18,376 nucleotides of DNA from Chlamydiota bacterium. Its GTDB lineage: Bacteria > Auribacterota > JACPWU01. Location: contig JACPWU010000033.1 in the NCBI GenBank assembly GCA_016196885.1, forward strand, positions 1 to 18,376. The letters run 5' to 3'. Position numbers and translations under genes: made by a program. The notes under the pieces were generated by a model. It had not been told where the DNA came from. It made no database searches and saw nothing but the letters and a program-made list of their open reading frames with translations. Below are positions 14,167 through 18,376 of this stretch, piece by piece (position 1 is the stretch's first letter; each line of letters starts with the position of its first letter).

Positions 14167-15588
14167 CTATTGCTTCCACTCAATCCCCAATTTTTTGATT
14201 CTATATTTTAAAATGCGCGGTGTCACCTTCAGGATTTGTGCAGTTTCAGAAAATTTTCCCCCTGTTTTCTGAAGGGCCTCGAGAATCATTTTTCTTTCGT
14301 GTTCTTCAAGAATATCCTTGAAGGATTTTCCCTGATCTAAAAAAGAGGCGTTCGGGCATTTTTCAGAAAATCCTAAAACCGCACTTCGGAATTCTCGAGG
14401 CAAGTGAAGGACATCGAGAACAAGGGGTCTCAATTTTCGATGAGAAAGAAACATGGCCTCCAGAATATTTTTCAGTTCTCGCACATTGCCTGACCAAGAA
14501 GCCTGCTTGAAACAATCCATCAATGTGGGAGAAAATTCAGGCAATATTTCTAAGCCCATTTCTTTCTGAAGTATTTGAGTCCAGTAATTCACAAGCGATG
14601 GGATATCTTCTTTTCTTTCTCTCAAGGGGAGAATGTGAATAGGGAAAATGCAAATGCGATAATAAAGGTCTTTTCTGAATTCCCCTTTTGCAATCGCTTG
14701 CGTGAGGTCTTTGTTGGTAGCGGAAATCAGTCTTACATTGAGCGCAATGGGTTTGGTCCCGCCAATTCGAGAAATCTTCTTTTCTTCGAGTACTCGCAGT
14801 AGCTTTGCTTGAACATTCATTTCAAGCTCTCCAATTTCATCCAGAAAAAGGGTCCCATTTTGAGCCTGTTCAAAAGCACCCTTTCTTTGATGTGAGGCAC
14901 CTGTGAAGGCTCCTTTTTCGTGACCGAAAAGTTCGCTTTCAATGAGTTCACGCGGCAAGGCGGCACAATTAATCGCGATAAAAGGTCCAGAGCGATGAAA
15001 ACTAGAATAATGAATCGCCTTGGCGACCAATTCCTTTCCCGTTCCTGTTTCTCCCGTAATGAGGACCGGAGAATTTGCCGATGACGCCTGCAAAATTTTT
15101 TCACGCACCTCTTTAATCGCAAATGAAATCCCAATCAAGTGTTCAGGGTGAAACCGTTCGGCCACTTCTCGGATGAGAGAAAGATTCTTTTTTTTAAGAA
15201 GAGTGGACTCAACGGCGTGATCGAGAATTTGCTGAATCTCATCTTTCATGAAAGGTTTGACGATGTAGTCATAGGCTCCCAGCTTGATAGCCTTTACGCC
15301 GGTGGGTGCATCTCCCACCGCACTCACCACAATAATAGGAAGATCGGGCCTCGATTTTTTCATTTCTGGAATGGCTTCAAGGCCGCTCATGCCAGGCAGG
15401 CAAATGTCCAGGGTAACCACATCGGCCTCACCGCCATTTTTCAAGTAGTCGAGCGCTTCCTCGGCGTTGACTGAAAAATGGATCCGAAAAAGATGCTTAA
15501 GAGAGAGCTCCAGGGCCTCTCGAACGCCATCATCGTCTTCGACTGCGAGAAGAGAAGGTAAGGAAATATCTTTGATGAGCCATGTCAT
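14167..15588 (-). CDS. sigma54-dependent response regulator (NtrC family: REC - AAA+ - Fis-type HTH)
   Basis: REC LLAVEDDDGV...DVVTLDICLPGMSG. Walker A GETGTGKE, GAFTGA motif (EKGAFTGA), C-terminal ETAQILKVTPRILKYRIKKLGI. I prefer ATG 15588. The track's TTG 15666 extension runs through operator-like palindromes and a promoter. Confidence 0.9.
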   Translation of the reverse strand: MTWLIKDISLPSLLAVEDDDGVREALELSLKHLFRIHFSVNAEEALDYLKNGGEADVVTLDICLPGMSGLEAIPEMKKSRPDLPIIVVSAVGDAPTGVKAIKLGAYDYIVKPFMKDEIQQILDHAVESTLLKKKNLSLIREVAERFHPEHLIGISFAIKEVREKILQASSANSPVLITGETGTGKELVAKAIHYSSFHRSGPFIAINCAALPRELIESELFGHEKGAFTGASHQRKGAFEQAQNGTLFLDEIGELEMNVQAKLLRVLEEKKISRIGGTKPIALNVRLISATNKDLTQAIAKGEFRKDLYYRICIFPIHILPLRERKEDIPSLVNYWTQILQKEMGLEILPEFSPTLMDCFKQASWSGNVRELKNILEAMFLSHRKLRPLVLDVLHLPREFRSAVLGFSEKCPNASFLDQGKSFKDILEEHERKMILEALQKTGGKFSETAQILKVTPRILKYRIKKLGIEWKQ

Positions 15589-15596
15589 GGAAAGGG

Positions 15597-15625
15597 ATTG
15601 TATAAGGTTTTGGGAAAGATGGCAA
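15597..15625 (-). promoter_or_regulatory. sigma70-like promoter of the NtrC-family gene (would give a leaderless or near-leaderless mRNA)
   Basis: Minus strand reads TTGCCA (15625-15620), 17 nt, TACAAT (15602-15597), then CCCTTTCC, then ATG (15588). There is no Shine-Dalgarno before the ATG. Confidence 0.45.
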
Positions 15626-15640
15626 GAAATGTGAGCTTCC

Positions 15641-15688
15641 CTGACAATTTTGTAAGCTTTTGACAAAATTGTCAGACAAAATTGTCAG
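15641..15688. promoter_or_regulatory. three tandem operator/UAS-like palindromes TGACAA-NN-TTGTCA
   Basis: CTGACAATTTTGTAAG (15641-15656), TTGACAAAATTGTCAG (15660-15675), CAGACAAAATTGTCAG (15673-15688). They lie just upstream of the regulator's -35 and about 110-155 bp upstream of a divergent sigma54-like element. Confidence 0.5.
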
Positions 15689-15796
15689 GGAGGGACCCTG
15701 GGAAGGAAATTTCAGGTTTCCGGAGTCTAGAATTTTTATTTTTAACTTCTTCCCCATCAATCAGTAACTGCACGAGATTTTCTGTTCCTACCATCT

Positions 15797-15812
15797 TGGC
15801 ATCCCTTGTGCT
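15797..15812 (+). promoter_or_regulatory. sigma54-like -24/-12 element pointing into ORF-less DNA
   Basis: TGGCAT-CCCTT-GTGCT has correct GG(15798-15799)/GC(15810-15811) spacing and matches 8 of the 10 fixed consensus positions. Confidence 0.35.
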
Positions 15813-15888
15813 CTATAAAAGGAAGGAAATTTTTGGGATTGAAGCACTCGACCGTATCAACCGGCGCATACGGTGAGAAGAGTAGGTT

Positions 15889-15912
15889 CTGTCCCGGCTT
15901 GTGTCGGGGCAG
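15889..15912 (+). repeat. 24-nt GC-rich hairpin, same family as purC 1488-1511
   Basis: CTGTCCCG-GCTTGTGT-CGGGGCAG versus CAGTCCCT-GCTCCCGT-AGGGGCAG: 18/24 identical, same 8-nt loop length, and the closing pair changes G-C to T-A in a compensatory way. Confidence 0.5.
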
Positions 15913-15951
15913 ACCTGCTCACGAATTGGCCTGGATTTCTCATAAACATTT

Positions 15952-16021
15952 GTCATTCTCGAAATGGATAGATTCCCAATGACCTCACAGGGACTTCTGC
16001 GCTGAAACACTCGGGGATGAC
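15952..16021. repeat. REP-like palindromic element related to 14066-14141
   Basis: GTCATTCTCGA (15952-15962) and CTCGGGGATGAC (16010-16021) form imperfect inverted termini resembling GTCATTCTGAG / CTCAGGATGAC. The element abuts element C. Confidence 0.4.
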
Positions 16022-16153
16022 AATTTCAATGATCCTTCGAGATCGTCGTGTGCGATGAAAGTTCTCCCTATCATGCTTTTTTTGTAGTCGCCCGATTCAT
16101 CGGGCAGCCCCATAAATGGGGCGACTACAGAATGAGCCTCACTTTCATAGCAA
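16021..16153 (+). mobile_element. 133-nt MITE/REP-like palindromic element, copy C
   Basis: Inverted copy of 9635-9767 (5 substitutions). Core 16084-16128 GTAGTCGCCCGATTCATCGGGCAGCCCCATAAATGGGGCGACTAC. On the + strand, a bulged stem GCGATGA/TCATGC (16052-16076) followed by T7 (16077-16083) looks like an intrinsic terminator. Confidence 0.85.
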
Positions 16154-16178
16154 TATCACAATATTTATTGCGTTTGTA

Positions 16179-17663
16179 TTAGGTTATTTCTTTCATCGGA
16201 AGCTGAACGAGAAAAAGGGCGCCTTGGCCGGGCTTGCTCTCGGCCCAGATTTTCCCCTGATGGGCTTCGACAATTTGTTTGGAAATGGAAAGTCCAAGCC
16301 CCGTTCCCTTTTCTTTTTTCGTGGTGTAAAAGGGTTCGAACAAATGTTGCAGTGTCTCACCATCCATTCCCAATCCTGAATCTTTGAAAGAAATTTGATA
16401 AAGATTTTTCCCATTTTCTGCAATCTTTTCGGTTTGGATCAGCAATGTTCCGCCTTGGGGCATCGCTTCCAGGGCATTCTTGATTAAATTGAAAAAAACT
16501 TGAGCCAGTTGATTGGGGTCCGCCAGGAAAGAGGTCGGTGATTTTAAAAATTTCTTTTGAACCAGAATTCTTCTGGATTTGAGTTTGGGCTCCAAAATTT
16601 GAAGGACATCTTCCAGAGGATTAACGGGATTCATGGCCGAAAGAGAAGGCTTTTCAAATCGGCCCAAATGCATGAGCTGCTGAACCAGTGAATCCATGCG
16701 ATCGAGATAGGGGGTTACGGCCTCAATCATTTTCTGAGGAAAAGTGGGATCGGCGTAATGATCCTGAAGGACCTCCAAATAGGTGCGAATCGGTTGTAGG
16801 GGATTTCGAATCTCATGCGCGAGGCTGGCCGCCATTTGATTCACATAGGCCAGCTTTTCTTCCTGGGCTTGCTGCAAGGCCTTGCCCATTTGGCGCAAGG
16901 TGATGAGCGCCCGGGCCTTCGCTTTTAATTCGTCAATGTTGAAGGGCTTCACCAAATAATCATCGGCTCCGTATTGATAGCCCTCCAGCTTCATGTCTAA
17001 ATCTGCTTTTGCCGTCAGAAAAATCAAAGGAATATCTCGATGGCTTTTTAAATTTTTCATTCTGCGGCAAAATTCGTAGCCATTCATTTTGGGCATCATG
17101 ATGTCTGAAATCACGAGATCCGGACGCTCTTTCTCTATTTTTCCAAGCGCCTCTTCTCCATCTCTGCTCAAAATCAAGCGATACTCTCTTTGGAGTTCAG
17201 AGCTGAGAAAACTCAAGAGATCCGGATTGTCTTCCACGATCAGAACTGTTTTTTTTCCAGAGAAATTTTTTTCAAGAGAGGTCTGAGCCCCAAAAATGTT
17301 TCGGGGCAGCATTAAATCTGTCCCCGTGGTCAGGGCCTCGCGGTTCATTTTAGCGATCCATTCCTTTTCACTGGACTGGAGTTGAACAGGATCGCTTCCC
17401 GCCTTCCCTGTTGAGCGAACGACCCCCTTTCGAGGAAGAGAAATGGTAAAAGAGGAGCCTTGCCCGGGCTTGCTTTCAACGGTGATTTTCCCCCCATGCA
17501 GTTTCACCAGCTCCCGGCAAAGGGCAAGGCCAATCCCTACCCCTTCGAAATTTCGAGTCGGGCTCGAAGTGACGGAACTGAAGCGGTCAAAAATCTTTTC
17601 CTGCGATTCAGGAGGAATGCCAATTCCGGAGTCTTTAATGGTCATCTCAAGATATTCGCTCAT
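16179..17663 (-). CDS. C-terminal 494 aa of a hybrid sensor kinase (HATPase_c G-boxes - REC - second HisKA - second HATPase_c), separated from its N-terminal part by an in-frame TAA
   Basis: IKDSGIGIPPESQEKIFDRF...GVGIGLA (G1/G2 boxes without their own H-box). REC VLIVEDNPD...DLVISDIMMPKMNG...K. Second H-box SLAHEIRNPL and N/G boxes NLIKNALEAM, DSGLGM, GTGLGLS. Confidence 0.85.
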   Translation of the reverse strand: MSEYLEMTIKDSGIGIPPESQEKIFDRFSSVTSSPTRNFEGVGIGLALCRELVKLHGGKITVESKPGQGSSFTISLPRKGVVRSTGKAGSDPVQLQSSEKEWIAKMNREALTTGTDLMLPRNIFGAQTSLEKNFSGKKTVLIVEDNPDLLSFLSSELQREYRLILSRDGEEALGKIEKERPDLVISDIMMPKMNGYEFCRRMKNLKSHRDIPLIFLTAKADLDMKLEGYQYGADDYLVKPFNIDELKAKARALITLRQMGKALQQAQEEKLAYVNQMAASLAHEIRNPLQPIRTYLEVLQDHYADPTFPQKMIEAVTPYLDRMDSLVQQLMHLGRFEKPSLSAMNPVNPLEDVLQILEPKLKSRRILVQKKFLKSPTSFLADPNQLAQVFFNLIKNALEAMPQGGTLLIQTEKIAENGKNLYQISFKDSGLGMDGETLQHLFEPFYTTKKEKGTGLGLSISKQIVEAHQGKIWAESKPGQGALFLVQLPMKEIT

Positions 17664-17675
17664 TGGGGGAACATG

Positions 17676-18376
17676 TTATGATATTTCATTGGGAATTACC
17701 AAAGGATTTTCGTTTTTCACATGCCTTGCCGAAATCGCTATCGATCCCCCCTCCGGCGTAAACTTCACCGCATTGTAAACGAGGTTCATGACCACCTTCT
17801 CAATCTGGTCTCGGTCGAATTCGCCTTGGAGTGATTCCTCACACTCGAAAGAAAGCTTCAGATTCTTTTGCTCGGCTAGAGAAGACATAGAATCTTCAAT
17901 CTCCCTGAAGAAATCCCTCACCTTCACCTGACTCAAACGAAGCTCCAGTTTCCCTGCATCAATTTTTATTAAGTCTAAAAGCTGATTCATCAGCTTGAGA
18001 AGGCGCAGGGCATTGTTGCGAACCACATTCAAGTTCTTGGTCTGATGGGGCTCTAGATGCCTCTCTTTATCTTTGAGCATCATTTCCACCGGAGCCAGAA
18101 TAAGCGTCAGAGGCGTTCGCAGCTCATGAGAGATATTGCCAAAGAACTGGGTCTTGAGGCGATCGAGCTCTTGGAGTTTGAGATAAGCATTTTCTAAGTT
18201 AATCTTCGCTATAAATTCTCTCCAGCGTTGTTGGTAACCAAGTCGTGAAGAGACGAGAGAAATCAGGAGAGTCGTAACCAGAAAAAAGTTATTGTTCAAA
18301 AAGATAGCCCAATCTGTAATTTTATCGGAAATAAGAATGGGAATTAAATAAAAGACATAAATGAGAATGCCTGTGA
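17676..18376 (-). CDS. N-terminal part of the same sensor kinase (TM segment - HisKA - N-box of HATPase_c); 5' end lies outside the window and the 3' end is an in-frame TAA
   Basis: H-box FFGNISHELRTPL and N-box NLVYNAVKFTPEGG. The frame stays open upstream of the track's TTG start to the window edge (hand translation ..TGILIYVFYLIPILISDKITDWAIF..), giving hydrophobic TM-like sequence. Confidence 0.8.
   Translation of the reverse strand, partial: TGILIYVFYLIPILISDKITDWAIFLNNNFFLVTTLLISLVSSRLGYQQRWREFIAKINLENAYLKLQELDRLKTQFFGNISHELRTPLTLILAPVEMMLKDKERHLEPHQTKNLNVVRNNALRLLKLMNQLLDLIKIDAGKLELRLSQVKVRDFFREIEDSMSSLAEQKNLKLSFECEESLQGEFDRDQIEKVVMNLVYNAVKFTPEGGSIAISARHVKNENPLVIPNEIS

Noticed and set aside
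13144-14272. Several 60-100 aa ORFs on both strands over the permease gene and the downstream spacer (13144-13446, 13259-13474, 13713-13916, 13787-14011, 13966-14211, 14087-14272).
   Set aside because: They are shadows of the long permease frame or translations of the REP-like palindromes. They have low-complexity composition and no RBS.
14575-15760. ORFs antisense to or out of frame with the NtrC-family gene (14575-14802, 14817-15134, 15139-15474, 15530-15760).
   Set aside because: The minus-strand frame carrying REC, Walker A, GAFTGA and the Fis HTH explains the whole interval. The others are shadow ORFs.
15682-16010. ORFs 15682-15876 (+) and 15813-16010 (-) in the region between the regulator and the kinase.
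   Set aside because: Both are built from palindromic repeat sequence (for example ..LSISRMTN..), lack an RBS and overlap each other. I treat the region as non-coding.
7538-16128. CRISPR-like array, because the repeat ends (GTCGCC...GGCGAC) resemble some CRISPR repeats.
   Set aside because: There are only three copies, separated by kilobases and in mixed orientation. There is no regular spacer periodicity and there are no cas genes.
16116-16423. ORFs 16116-16379 (+) and 16193-16423 (-) overlapping the kinase 3' end.
   Set aside because: They are shadow or alternative-frame ORFs of the well-supported HATPase_c coding frame and have no motifs of their own.
1-18376. tRNA, rRNA, tmRNA, RNase P and SRP RNA genes.
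   Set aside because: A visual scan for T-arm (GGTTCGAATCC-like) and other conserved cores on both strands found nothing convincing. The one loose similarity, to an RNase P 3' region near 110-140, was a few bases only.

Overview
Bacterial chromosomal window, about 40-45% GC by eye. The organism uses sigma54; the taxon cannot be named from the sequence alone.

1-3.7 kb is a tightly packed + strand housekeeping block: purE-purC, a CDF transporter and a NOP2/Sun RNA methyltransferase.

3.8-10.6 kb looks like an accessory mosaic:
- a vapBC toxin-antitoxin pair
- a frameshifted NYN-domain gene
- a perfect sigma54 -24/-12 promoter in front of maf
- a stand-alone AEP primase-polymerase with a PriCT-like tail and an apparent frameshift
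- a BaiN/HI0933-type flavoprotein carrying an in-frame palindromic element
- an AT-rich, translationally coupled three-gene cassette (NucS-like PD-(D/E)xK nuclease plus two unknowns)
- an XRE-HTH/Panacea (DUF4065) antitoxin-type gene with no recognisable toxin

10.6-18.4 kb holds remnants of CDGSH and pirin genes, rfbC, a PAP phosphatase, an ion-transporter-superfamily permease and an NtrC-type sigma54 activator. These are followed by a repeat-filled ORF-less ~0.5 kb region and a tandem-kinase hybrid histidine kinase. The kinase is interrupted by one in-frame TAA and runs off the window.

The strongest non-genic signal is a family of highly structured REP/MITE-like palindromic elements sharing a 45-nt three-way-junction core. 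There are three copies. One sits in-frame inside a CDS. The other two are 133 nt long, 128/133 identical, and lie in inverted orientation around 6.25 kb. A second small GC-rich hairpin family has one copy as an in-frame 66-nt insertion in purC.

I found no rRNA, tRNA, CRISPR array, transposase, integrase or reverse transcriptase.
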